A stretch of 64,000 nt of DNA from Rebecca billardiae RCC1528 (Eukaryota > Protista > Haptophyta): NCBI GenBank assembly GCA_965240325.2, contig OZ251233.1, forward strand, positions 806,001 to 870,000, read 5' to 3'. The notes under the pieces are model-generated. The model was not told where the DNA came from. It worked only from the letters and a program-made list of their open reading frames with translations, and ran no database searches. The position numbers and the translations under genes were made by a program. Below, one piece after another: positions 19,776 through 31,452 of the stretch (the stretch's first letter is position 1; every line of letters begins with the position of its first letter).

Positions 19776-21287
19776 GGTGGCACCTCCGGAACAGACGGCG
19801 GGAGGCAAGATGGCGAAGAAACAGCCCCGGCGTCGCGCTCGCTCGAGGCTCGGAGGTCCGTGCGAGCCGACGGGGGCTCGAGCGGCACGGGGCGCACGTC
19901 GGGCGGGCAGACCATGCACGTGGGCCTTCCGAACCGCTCGCCGACGGCCTCGCTCCGCCGCTTCTCGCGCTCGCGAGCTGTGTCCGTGCGCGCGCGGTGG
20001 GCGGGCGTCGCGCAGCTCGACGCGAGGCGTCCACGGCGGAGATTGGGCCCAGCTGGGCGCTCGAACGGCTTCGACGTGCGGGGCCGGTCATGTACGTGCG
20101 CGCGCGCGCGCCGGAGCCGTCCGGCGACCTTGTGGTTGTGCTGCGGGAACGACGTCACACCCGGGCGGCACTGCGAGGTTCTGCGCGGGCCCATGTGCAT
20201 GCATGTGCGCGAGGCGTGGGTGGGCTCGCGATGGCGGGGCGCGTTGGTCGAAGCTGCGCCATGGTCGTCGGCGCCGGCTAGGTGCCGTCGGGCGCGCGCG
20301 GCGGTCCATTCGGGGCCACGCGGGCCGCCGGGAGCTCGTGCGCAGCCGCTCGGCCAGATAGGTGGCCCCGGCGGCAGTCTGAACGAGGTCAGCACTTCAC
20401 ATTTCGACAAACTCCGCACCCCCGCTCGTGGTGGGCCACCAAACCCCGCGCAAGGGGGTGCGCACAAGCAGCCGTCCCGAGGAAACTGTCGGTGGGATTC
20501 GAAAATATTATCGAAAATGTCGAAATAAGGGCTTTTTCAAGGATTTTCCGTATTATTTTCGAATCCTACCGACAGTTTCCTCGGGACGGCTGCTTGTGCG
20601 CACCCCCTTGCGCGGGGTTTGGTGGCCCACCACGAGCGGGGGTGCGGAGTTTGTCGAAATGTGAAGTGCTGACCTCGTTCAGACTGCCGCCGGGGCCACC
20701 TGATCTGGCCGAGCGGCTGCGCACGAGCTCCCGGCGGCCCGCGTGGCCCCGAATGGACCGCCGCGCGCGCCCGTCGGCGCCTAGCCGGCACCGACGACCA
20801 TGGCGCAGCTTCGACCAACGCGCCCCGCCATCGCGAGCCCACCCACGCCTCGCGCACATGCATGCACATGGGCCCGCGCAGAACCTCGCAGTGCCGCCCG
20901 GGTGTGACGTCGTTCCCGCAGCACAACCACAAGGTCGCCGGACGGCCCCGGCGCGCGCGCGCGCACGTACATGACCGGCCCCGCACGTCGAAGCCGTTCG
21001 AGCGCCCAGCTAGGCCCAATCTCCGCCGTGGACGCCTCGCGTCGAGCTGCGCGACGCCCGCCCACCGCGCGCGCACGGACACAGCTCGCGAGCGCGAGAA
21101 GCGGCGGAGCGAGGCCGTCGGCGAGCGGTTCGGAAGGCCCGCGTGCATGTTCTGCCCGCCCGACGTGCGCCCCGTGCCGCTCGAGCCCCCGCCGGCTCGC
21201 ACGGGCCTCCGAGCCTCGAGCGAGCGCGACGCCGGGGCTGTTTCTTCGCCATCTTGCCTCCCGCCGTCTGTTTCCGGAGGTGCCACC
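19776..21287. mobile_element. Non-autonomous, almost fully palindromic (fold-back) DNA transposon with TTAA TSD, Kolobok-like
   Basis: TTAA (19772-19775) | GGTGGCACCTCCGGAA ... TTCCGGAGGTGCCACC | TTAA (21288-21291). The arms are inverted copies of each other up to a centre near 20531. Confidence 0.9.
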
Positions 21288-21461
21288 TTAATTAGTTTTC
21301 TGTACTGCGCCGAGGCACTCGCGTGAAGCGAGTGCGATGGCGGAGAGTACCAGCCAGGTGTTGGCCCGTGTTGCGTCGTCGGCCGAGTGTCGCGCGGGCC
21401 AACTGCTGCGGGCTGCGCTGCTGCGGCGACACGTCGAGCATAATGTGATCAAGGGCCCTTG

Positions 21462-22825
21462 CTATGACCGCGGCGCATCGATAGGCGGTAGCGGCGAGCG
21501 CTGCGATGGGAACGGCTCGGCACTCGGCTGGTACTGGACGGGCTGCGCGGACTCAGCTCGGCGGAGGATGGAGGGCGACAGGGTCAGGCGGCGCGCCCGG
21601 TGCCCGGCGGTGCTCGTCGTGCGGAGCGGCGCCAGGGTTGGACTCGCGGGCGGGAGCTGCGGTGCGCCGGACTCCGGGCTTGCCGCACTCGATGCCGACG
21701 CCGCGGCAGGGTGCGCGTCCGCTCGGGGCTGCCCACGCACCACGAAGGTGGGCGCGAGCTCCATCTTGTCCGTGGCCGCGCGCAGTGCGGCCAGCCCCGG
21801 GCTGCGCATCTTGCCGCCATTCGTGAGCGGGCGCGCGGGCAGTGCGCCGAGCAAAGCGCCAGCCGCGCTCATGAGAGGCGCCATCAGCTGGCTGGGCGCG
21901 GGCGCACAGCTGGCGGGCACCTCCGGCACACTTGGCGCGACGACCCCGCGCCGCAGCGCGTTGGGCGACGCGTCGTGCCCGAGACGCGTGCGCAGCACAT
22001 GCGCCTCCACCGACTGCTGCCGACGCTTCGTCGCGTGCAGCGATGCTGGGTGCGCAGGCCAGCTGCTGTCGTCCGCGTTGAACGTGTGATGCCGCCTCCG
22101 CGCGCGCGTCGAGAGGGCGTGCGCTTCCGCGAGCGCGTCGACGTGAGAGGCCTCGGCGGAGCAGCCGTGGGCCTTGGCCGCAGAGGGCGACAGAGAAGAC
22201 CGCTCGGCGGCTCCCCTCGGCTCGGCAGGCGGCTCGGACGGCCCGCTGCCTGCGGACGGCGCCGACAATGGCGGCAGCTCGGGTGGCGGGAGTGACGCGC
22301 GCCCTGGGCGCGAGCCCACCGAAGTGCCCGCCCGCGCGGCGTTCGCCGTGCGCCGGGAGGCATGCCCACCTGCCGGATCCCGCCGTGGGCGCGAGGCCAG
22401 CACTCCCTCCGTTTCGCCGGCCGTGCACGCGAGCGGGCTCGCACCTTCAGCCTGCGCGTCGTCCCCGGCCGGCTCCGCGGCGTGCGCGTCCGCGGCCGCG
22501 CGCGAGCCGTGTGCGGCCGAGCCTGCTGCCCGGCCGTGGGCGCTGCTGCCGTGGGCGCGCGGCTCGGCGGCGGGAGAAGACCCGCGCCGTTGCGTCTCGG
22601 GCGAGAGGCCGGGAGGCGTCCGCTCCGCCGACCGGCGGCCGCCGAGCCCAGGCTCGGCGCCCCTGGAGTGGACCTCCCGCACGCCACCACCCGTTGCCAG
22701 CGTGCGGCTGCCACCGGGCTGGGCAGGCGAGGCCGCCTTGTGCGCTCCGTCGAAGGGTGGGCTGCTCGAGCGCCAGCTCGTGGCCCCCGAAGCTGCGCGC
22801 GGCTCGATCGAGCTGCTGCTGCTGC

Positions 22826-22856
<31 letters not shown>

Positions 22857-25385
22857 GCTGCCGGTTGGGCGCGAGTCTCGCGGGTCCTCTGGCCCCGCGC
22901 GCTGCGCCATGGCAGCAGCTGCTCGCTGGGTGGGGGATCGGCTGTGGGCGGGGCGCTCGCCGCGCACGGGCGAGCGGGCTTGGGTACGAGAGCGGCCCTC
23001 GGATGGCGCGCGGTCGCTCGCGGGAGAGCTGTCAGCGCTGCTCCTGCCGCTGGCGGTGGCGGGCACATCCATCACGGTCGGGCGCGTGTCGATGGACTCG
23101 TTGCCGGCGGGGCCGCCGCTGTCGCTGCCGAGTGCCGGCTCGGCGCCGTCGCGCGTGCTGCTGCTCGCTGCGGTTGATGCGTGCCGCGCGGACGTGGCAG
23201 CATCGTGCGCTGCCGGCGCACTGGGCAGCCGCTCCTGCGCCGCCAGCGGCGGCACACCTGCGAGCGCCGACGGCCGCGGCGTCAGCCCCGCCGCTCCGTG
23301 GCGCTCTGCACTCAGCTCGCGCGCGGCGCGCGCTGAGAGCGCGCCCGCTTCCGCGCTGAGCTGCAGCACGCGGTCCAGGTGCAGACTCAGATCCGGCGTC
23401 GCGCCCGGAGCGTACGCGGCCGCCGGTGGCTGCTCACCCGCCGCGAGCGGGCCGACCCATTCCGATCCGAGCGGGCTCGAGCTCTCGCGCCCGTGCGGCT
23501 CGGACGCCAGGCCCGCGGTCGCGTCCGCAGCCGCGGCAGTCGTTGAGAAAGCACTCTCGGGCACGGGCAGGTCCACGGCGCGTGCGCGATGGATCGTGGA
23601 CTTGCGCTCGTGCGCCTCATGCGCGAGCATCTCGAGCAGGATGTCGACCCCCGCCGCAAACGCCGGGCTGTGATCCTCCGCGCCCGCCTCGACCGCCGCG
23701 CTGAGCGCGGCGGTCAGCTGGTCTGCGTTGGGCTGCTCAGGCGGCTGCGCGCGGCGCGCAGGGGCGGCGGCGCCGTCTGCGGCGGCGGTTTGCGCGGCTG
23801 CGCCCTGCGTGCCGCCCTCATCAGCGCTGCGCCCGGCGCCCTCCGTCGGCTCCAACGGAGTCGGTGCGCTGGCGCCAGCCGAGCCGCCGCGCAGGTACGC
23901 GCGAATCTTCTCGATGAGCTCCGCCAGCTCTGCCTCGGCCTCGTGCGCCCACCGATGCACCTCGCGCTGTCGGTCGTGCGCTGCCGTGCGCGCGGCGCTC
24001 GGCGCCACGCGCGCCACCTGCTCCTCGGCCTCTGACACGTCCGTCGCCTGCGCAGCGCCGGCGGCTCCGTCAGATGCGGTCGCTGCGGCGTCGGCGGCGC
24101 GTGGCGTGAGTGCGCGTGGCGTCGCAAAGCCGTTCATCTCCAGCGCGGCGCGCATGTCTTGCACGAAGGAGGCGGCGGGCGAGCAGTCTGCGCGCGGCGT
24201 GGTTGGGAGCCCGGACGCCGGGCCCGAAAGCTCAGCCCCCGCGGGCAGGGCCAGGAGCGAGCCTCCGCCGAGGCGTTGCTGCAGCTGGTCCGCGAGACTC
24301 GCCGAATCCTCGAACGGGCGCAGCCCGCCCTTGAGCGACGGCCGGCCCGAGGTGGGCAGCGAGCCGCAGGGCGAGCGCAGCATGCCCACGATCGACGGCC
24401 GCCCGGAGCTGAGCAGGCTGGGCCGCCTGCTCGACGCGGCCGAGCGCGCGGCGGAGAGCTCGCTGCCGTCCTCGCTGCGGATGTCGCTCACGTCGGCAAA
24501 GGTGCGCGGCGCGCGCGCGAGCTCTGCGGCAAGGGCGAGGCGGCGCTCGAGCGCCGAAGAAGCATCAGACGGGCGCCGGCGCTCGAGCAGCACGCGCTCG
24601 GCGCTGCGCTGCTGCGCCAGCAGCGCGGCGCGCCACGCGGCGCCCGGCGCTGCCGGCCGCGTGATGCGCCGGAAGAGCTTGGCGAGGAACGCCACGTACG
24701 AGAACTCCTGGATCCCATCGGTCCAGACGTCAGCGAGCTCGAACAGCCCCGCGCAGAACGCCTCGATCGGCATCCCCTCGCGCGTGTCGTACGCCGCCAT
24801 GTCCGACGCCCAGTCGGCGAGGATCACCTCGCGGCACGCCGCACGGGGCTCGTCGACGTCGATCACGCCGAGCGCGCGCCCGATGCGCTCGTACAGGTCA
24901 ATATACATCTCCTCCGTCATGTGCTGGTCGCACGTGAGGCCCATCGCGTTCCAGAAGCGCGCCAGCGTCTTGAGGATGACGGGCGAGCGGATGAGCGCCT
25001 GGCGCTTCTCAAGGTCTTGCGCGCTCTCCTTTGCGGTGCCGAGCATGTGGTACGGGACGCGGCCGCGCTCCTGCTGCTTGCGCGCGCGCTCGAAGTGGAA
25101 GGATTCCCCAGCGCTCGGGGGCGTCGGGTCCACCTCGTCGACGAGCACGTGCGGAGAGGACTCTGCGTCGAGGGCCATGGCGGCCGCGACCTCGAACCCG
25201 CCGGCGGCGGCTGGCGCGGGCTGCTCGCCGAGCAGCGCGTCGAGCGAGGCTGGCTCGAGGTGGTGCACATGGGCAGGTGTACGGTCGAGCGCATCGTTCA
25301 CACTCACACTGCCGTCATGCGTCGCGTGGCGGCGCTTGGGCCGCGCGCGCCACTCGGCGTCAGAATCGAACTCGGGCATCATCAT
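21462..25385 (-). CDS. Uncharacterised 1307-aa protein with an N-terminal 'FELADxWT' EF-hand-like domain and a long low-complexity tail
   Basis: Long ORF with host codon usage. The conserved block VPYH..G...RQAL...FW...Y...DW..D...FCAGLFELADVWTD....Y..FL..LFRRITR is shared with the gene at 43408-45558. Confidence 0.8.
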
Positions 25386-25764
25386 TGATGGCTGAGGTCG
25401 TGTTTTCCAGTTTGGTTTGCGTGCGACGAACGGAGCGGTCAGGAGTTGGCAGTTTGGGTAGTTGTGGGAGTTTTCGACTAGTCGGCCGGTACTATTACTA
25501 GAATCTTGAACGCGCAGCAGGTTCGGGGAGGGATCGGGGAAGCACGATTACTAGGGCCAACCTCGGTCATCTCGGGGACTTTGCCTAAACAGCTTGCTGA
25601 TTGCCTTCGGTCCAGAAGGCGGGTTGGAGGGATCGACGAGACCACTATTCGAGGCACATACTTTACCAGCACTTTAGCCAATCTCCTAGTTGTGCGGTAG
25701 CTCCTGGACCACTCGAGTCTTCCAAATCATAGCAGGATGGCTAAAATAATGGGTGGACGAACAC

Positions 25765-25827
25765 TTCCACCCTTTCGCCTTACGTACAAGTGAAGTTTAT
25801 GGCGAAGTTTATGGCGAAAGGGTGGAA
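25765..25827. repeat. 15-bp perfect inverted repeat enclosing a 12-bp tandem duplication
   Basis: TTCCACCCTTTCGCC (25765-25779) and GGCGAAAGGGTGGAA (25813-25827). GAAGTTTATGGC occurs twice at 25792-25815. Confidence 0.8.
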
Positions 25828-27016
25828 TATGTACCGAATGCCTACAGATCAGGAGAGCTGCGCCCTCGTGTCTGTGTCTTTTAAAAATCATAGAATTAGT
25901 GTGCACGTTAAAACATAGTAAACTGTCTGCCTGAGCTGTGTCGTGCGTCTCTTTTTCTTAGTAAACTGTACATATCATATGGGGGGTGAATGACCTCGCT
26001 GCACCCTTTGCATGTTGATGGCACCACCTGCATGTTGCATGGGGCGTGGCAGTGCCCACGCCGCGGCCCGACCGCTGTGCCGCCTACTCAGCTACGTGAG
26101 GCGGAGGCCGAGCTGGCGCGTAATCTGCGTGCGCAGCGCGGTGGGTGGCCAGTAGCACTGCGCGTGGTGGCATTTGTAAAATCAAAATGTTCCCTAGCGC
26201 GCTGCCTCGATCGCGCACGATCCCACTTGACGCGCTGCTACTCAGTGCACTTTCTGCACTAGCTTGGCCGGCGTCCACGATGTGGCTCGCAACGAAAGGT
26301 TCCATCCGCCACTGGCGCTCCCTGGGCAGTACCGTAGTGGGCGTTCAGCCGTTTGGAGCTTACGGCTCTACTCCTCATCAGCAGTGCGCTGCGAGCTTGC
26401 TGCGCATTTCGCGCGCCCAGATCCCCCGGTCGCCTGCGTCTGCCGAACCGAGCCCAGCTTCACTCCCCGCACCGCACGCACTAAGCTGCGCCAGGGCGGT
26501 GGCGCCCGAGCGCGATGAGATCGGATGACCGCACAGCGCGCCTTGACGGCGCGATGGGGCAGCTTCGTTGTGCGCGTGGTCCTCAACCGGACCCGTAGTA
26601 TGACCGCAGCGCTGCCGACGTGCGCGCACGTGCCTCGTTTAGCGGGTGTGTCGTCAACGACGCGTGGGGCCAACGCAGGCCGCCATCAAGCGGTCGTCAT
26701 CGTCGGCTTTTCGCGCGGCCGTTCGGCTTTGGCCGCTTGGGGAGCTTACACCAAGTTTCCTTCAAACACCGTACGGTACCTGTGGGGAGAACAACAACCT
26801 CAGTACATTGAAACGTAAGATTCGTTCCGAACGGAACCTTCTCCCACTGCTCCCCAAGTCCACCCGTTCCGGATCGGAGACAGGTACTAGTGATAGACTT
26901 GGAGATCGCTCTGAACTTTAACCTCCCGCCCTTTTCCACCACAATTCCTCGCCGCCCAAACTGCTGGAACGGCCGCACACGAACCCCTCCTGGACTCCTG
27001 AAGCCCTGCACCATCG

Positions 27017-27607
27017 ATGCGCGCTTGCTCTGCGGCCGCACGCTCCTCTTCGAGCGCCGAATCGTCGAGCCACCCGGTCGGCATCCGCAAGCTCAAGCGC
27101 GTTCGGCACATGGAAGCTACAGCGGCTCGGGTCAAGGAGAACGTCAAGGCCGTGGCCGCTAACGTCTGCCGCGTGACGGATGGACACCGACCTCACTTTG
27201 TTCCCGACCACGCATCGAGTGCTGCCTCTGAAACTACCTCTGCGAGCATCGGCGCGAGCCATGTCGACCGCTTGGAGAGCTCCATCTCACCGCCAGACAC
27301 GCCCACGTTCGCGCGCGTCGACTCCGACATTCGCGAGCGCATCATATCCTTGTCGGCGCAACTCGTTCTCTCTGCGACGTCCGACCAGTCCGAGAGGAAC
27401 GGTGCGCTCGTCAACGCACTGGTCTTCCAGCTGGCGTGCGTCACGGAGGAGCTGCGACGTCGGCAGGTTTCTCGTCTGAGGGATGCAGTGCAGGTGGCAG
27501 CGTTGCTTCGGCTGCGGACTGCCAAGGGAATGGAGCATCTCGACGCACTGCGGCAGACGGCCACGCAGCCTGCTGTGCCAGCTGCCGATGTCGCGTCGAC
27601 GGACTGA
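27017..27607 (+). CDS. Hypothetical protein, or last exon of an unresolved gene
   Basis: Helical, non-repetitive composition (IRERIISLSAQLVLS...ALVNALVFQLACVTEELRRRQVSRLRDAVQVAALLRLR). The 5' structure is unclear. Confidence 0.4.
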   Translation: MRACSAAARSSSSAESSSHPVGIRKLKRVRHMEATAARVKENVKAVAANVCRVTDGHRPHFVPDHASSAASETTSASIGASHVDRLESSISPPDTPTFARVDSDIRERIISLSAQLVLSATSDQSERNGALVNALVFQLACVTEELRRRQVSRLRDAVQVAALLRLRTAKGMEHLDALRQTATQPAVPAADVASTD

Positions 27608-28064
27608 TGAATGGTCGTTACAAGGAGCCTATGGTCGTCATTCGCGAGCAATGATGGGGCATTTCATTCCTCAATGGTGTCAGGCCTGGCTCAGTCTTGA
27701 TGAGGTGTCGTTTCTACACGGAGTCGGCCTGCCCAGCCTTGCGCAGGACCGCCGAGTTGACGCAGAGCTGCTGGCTGGCACCGCTCGTACAGTCACACGT
27801 TCTAGCTATCAGTATCATATATGATGAGTTTCGATCCGAGGCGGAACAACTTAGCCCATAGTAGCTTATGTACCATATATGTAGTCTTACTCTGAATCTT
27901 GTATCACGCCGCGTGACTCCGCCATGCTCGGCAGTGTGCCTCGCCTCCTCGCTGCAGTTGGATGGCGCAGGCGCTCCGTGCCGCGGCACCACACCGCTGA
28001 CCGTGCGCATGGCCAATTTGGCCACGGACCGCGCGCTTTGCACTTGCAGTCGTCACTGCTGTAG

Positions 28065-29597
28065 TCAGCACGAGACGCGATGACACCTTCGTGGCTCGTG
28101 GGCGTCGCACCGTGCAGGCGGCGTCCAAGCGCCCGGTGGCAGCGGCTGTCGCTCGCTGACGGGGCAGCGCATCATGTCGCGCACGAGCAGCTCCCCCCCG
28201 GCGAGCTCGATGTAGTTGCCCGGTCCGAAGCGCACGTCGCACAGCCAGCTGAGCCGTGCGCCGGTTGGGAGCTGCTCGTCGTCGTCGCCACTGCTGACGT
28301 CCTGGTCATCGTGACGAGCGCTGCCGTTACTATCTGCCTCCACCGAGCGCAGCTCGCTACGCAGCTCGTCGACTGGCATCACGACCCACAGCAGGTCGAG
28401 GGGCAAGTCGACCTGCGCGGCGAGCCCGCGAGGCGGGCGGTACGTGCCAGACATGTTGGACCACGCGAGCACCTCGCCAGTCTCCCCGAGCAGCACCTCG
28501 CCGGCGAAGAGCACGCTGGCCTCGGTAGCGAGCTGCGGGTGGCCCGCGACGTTGCCAAAGTGCGCCGCGTGCGTCGAGATGCGCAGCCGGCGCTCGCCAG
28601 GCACGAGCACGAAGGCATGCGAGCCCGGCTTGAGCGGCGCGTCCTTGTGCACGGCGTAGAAGGCCGCGTCCTGCGGCAGCCGGACGTGCAGGTCGGAGCG
28701 CCCGCTCTTGCGCCAGCTGGCGGCGTAGGGGACGTACTGCTCGCCGCTCTGGATGAGCACCGGAGCGTGGCGCGATGACGACGCGCAGGACGTGCCAGAG
28801 CTCAATGACGACCACGACGAGCCCTGCGACTGCAGTCCGGGCTCGTCATCCGCGATGGACCTCGGGGACGCAAACACAGGCCTCGCCAGCCTGTGTGTGC
28901 GCGGGCGCGCAGGCGCGAGCAGGTGGGCGCGTACGAGGCGCGGGTCGCAGAGGGGCGCAGTGGCGTGAGCGCATGGCTGGAAGGACGTGAAGGGCGCGCT
29001 CGGCCGCGCGCGGCGGACGAACGCGCTTACAGGTGGAAAGACGGCCTCTGGTGCACGCTGACGGGCGTCAGCGGCGCCGTGTGCCCCGTCCACGCGGTGA
29101 TGGTCTTGAGGCGCTTACGAGCCTCGGCGAGCGCACTCGGCAGGAGCTTTGGCGTCGAAATGGACTGCTTCTGCAGAACTGCGGGCGGACTGGTCACACG
29201 CCGGCGGAAGCTCTTGCTCGCGCTTCCCGCGTTTCCCGAAAGCGACGGTGCGTCGCACGAGTGCAGAGCAATCCGTCTCTGATGCACATCGTTGGCGATG
29301 CCGGCGCGCGCGGCGTCGTCTTCGCTCACATGATGCTTGCGTGGGTCAAGTCCTGCGCTCGGATCACGAGGCGCGTGCGAGGCACAGGTGAGGGAATCGT
29401 CCTGGTTGCAGGCGAGGTCTGCGCGTTCGCGCGCGCGAACGCGGCGCACCCGCATCGACGAGGAGCGCCGCGTATGTAGAGCCATGGAGGCGAAGGCCAC
29501 GTTCCGTAAGCCACTCCGCCAGGTCAGTCGCGGAGCTGAGAGGCCCCTGCGCGCCGCATTCGGTCGGCTCGGACGGCACATCGCCGACGTGCAACAT
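28065..29597 (-). CDS. SAM (sterile alpha motif) domain protein with a C-terminal H..LA...AGE...SNxSGxYxP domain (exons 29597-29450, 29352-29031, 28890-28065)
   Basis: Two phase-compatible GT-AG introns give DLAEWLTERGL...YAALLVDAGLD...EDDAARAGIANDVHQRRI (SAM-like) and GHPQLATEASVLFAGEVLLGETGEVLAWSNMSGTYRP. Confidence 0.75.
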
Positions 29598-29879
29598 GGG
29601 CGCGTCGGGCGCGTTGGACGGCTTGGTGCTGACGGTAATTTTAGAAGCGCCGCTGCGCCGGAGGGCGGGGGGGAATCGGTTTTGATTCCGGGGTTGTGGG
29701 GTGCACGAAGACCTATCGCACACTATTCCCGTTGATTAATATGGGCTCTGGGTGCGTTTAAGCGGCGGCGGGCAATCAAAAGCCCCGATATATTCATCTA
29801 TAGCCGACACAATTCCAGCAATGTGCTTGGGGGGGGCTGTACAGTTTACTTAAGAATAAGAGACGCACACCGTACAGCT

Positions 29880-29940
29880 CAGGCAGGCGAGATTATCTCC
29901 CTTAACGAGATAATATTAAGGCAGGCAGGCGAGATTATCT
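29880..29940 (+). repeat. 19-bp direct repeat next to the Helitron derivative
   Basis: CAGGCAGGCGAGATTATCT at 29880-29898 and 29922-29940. Confidence 0.75.
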
Positions 29941-29954
29941 ATTAATACCCCCAC

Positions 29955-31452
29955 AGTTCCCGGGGAAAAGATAAGAAAAAGAAAAAGGACCGCCTCGCAA
30001 AGAAAAGAAAATCGCCTCGCTCACTACCGGGCGCCCTCGCAGCTCCCAGTGGCCAGTGGGGACGCTCGGCCGAAAAAGAGTTGCGTCATGGCGCGGAGCG
30101 CGTGGGCGGCGCGCGCCAAATCCAACGCCGGCGCGGACATCGCGCGAGGACTCCCGAGGGGTTTTTTCGTCCGATTCGCGATTGCTCCCCTCGTCGTCTC
30201 GCGTGCAGGTCGAACGGGAGCCAAAGTCGACGCGTTTGGAGGTACGCTCGGCGCGTCGACACGATCGTGCGACCTGGGGCGGTCCTCGCCCGACTTGCAC
30301 GTCGAGCGCTCGCACGGGCCATAGTATCAAGCGCTGCGCACGACAACCACCTCGCGCGATCCACCGCCGCGCGTCGAACTCGGTGCGGAAAGGCCCTCAT
30401 CACGAGGTGTCTCGCGGGCGGGAAGCGCCATCGCACGCGACGCAAGATTTGTCGCGGCCTTCCGAACTCGATCGCCGGATTCCGCGCACCGGACTGTCGG
30501 TCGCGGTCCCTCAGCCGCCAGCCGCCCAGCCCGCCGGTCCGATGGCGTCGACGGTGACCAATGCGACGGAAGCGCAGCGCCAACGGCGTACGACGCGCAG
30601 CGGACGCACCTCCCGGGTCTGTCGCCGTGGCAGCAACCGCGTCATCGCGAGTTGGCGACCCTCGCCGCAGCGCGACACAGACAAGCCCGTGATGCCATCC
30701 GCAGAGAGATGAAACGTCGAGCATGCAACACCGCCGCGCCATCCTCGTCCATGGCGCAGGCGCTGCGGGACGAGGCGGAAGTCGTCACGCCGGTGACGGA
30801 TGCGCTGCGATTCGTGTGCCCGCGTGAGCAGCTCGTGCCCACTCTCGATCGCGAGTGGCACGCGCTGTCGCTGTGCGCGCGCGCGCGCACAACCAACAGC
30901 TCCTCGTGCCGCCGAACACGCGGGCGCCAGACCTGTCGAAGAGGCGAAGAGCGACGAGCGCGTGAACGTCAACGCGCTCGTGCTCAGCGTGGCGACCGTG
31001 TACGATGTCAACGCGACCTGCGCCGAGCCCATCATGCCCGGAGCGGACATCGGCGAGCGTCCTCGCGACGACCGCTCTCGGCTGGCGTCAGGAGGACATG
31101 CACATGATCTACTCTGGCGGCTTCGTCGGCGGCGAGGCGCTCGATTACGCCATCGCGGTCGAGATGCGGCACATACAGCGCGTACCCGCGCTCGCGCGGA
31201 GCAACGGGCTACCCGCCCCGCCCCGCGTGCTGCACGTTCCCTCGTGGGTGTGGGCCTCGCTGATGCGCACGGACGCGTACCCGACGTTACCGTACCGCAC
31301 GTGGTCCGAGAACTTCACAGGTGGAGCATCACGGGTCCGACTGTCCGTCACCCACGACGACCACGAGCGAATGCTGTAGAAAGACGCGAACCCGCAAAGG
31401 ATACATTGCGACAGCACTGGCACGGCCCGCCGACCCCCCCGCCCGCCAGGGC
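29955..31452 (+). mobile_element. Internally deleted non-autonomous copy of the Helitron at 5412-14786
   Basis: Collinear with 14760 to ~13325, including the leader repeats AAGAAAATCGCCTCGC and the ORF start MASTV.. at 30542. After ~115 bp of unmatched sequence it joins the same 3' end (AAAGACGCGAACCCGC...GCCCGCCAGGGC). Confidence 0.9.
30542..31379 (+). pseudogene. Frameshifted, truncated Helitron ORF (N-terminus to the start of the Ulp1 domain)
   Basis: The peptides RREMKRRAC...ALRFVC, AEPIMPGADIG and SGGFVGGEALDYAIAVEMRH...PPRVLHVPSWVW lie in different frames. Confidence 0.85.

Noticed and set aside
19720-21326. ORFs inside the palindromic element
   Set aside because: Mirror-image, low-complexity translations with no transposase motifs.
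25990-27000. Possible upstream exons for the 27017 ORF
   Set aside because: Could not assemble a phase-consistent gene model.
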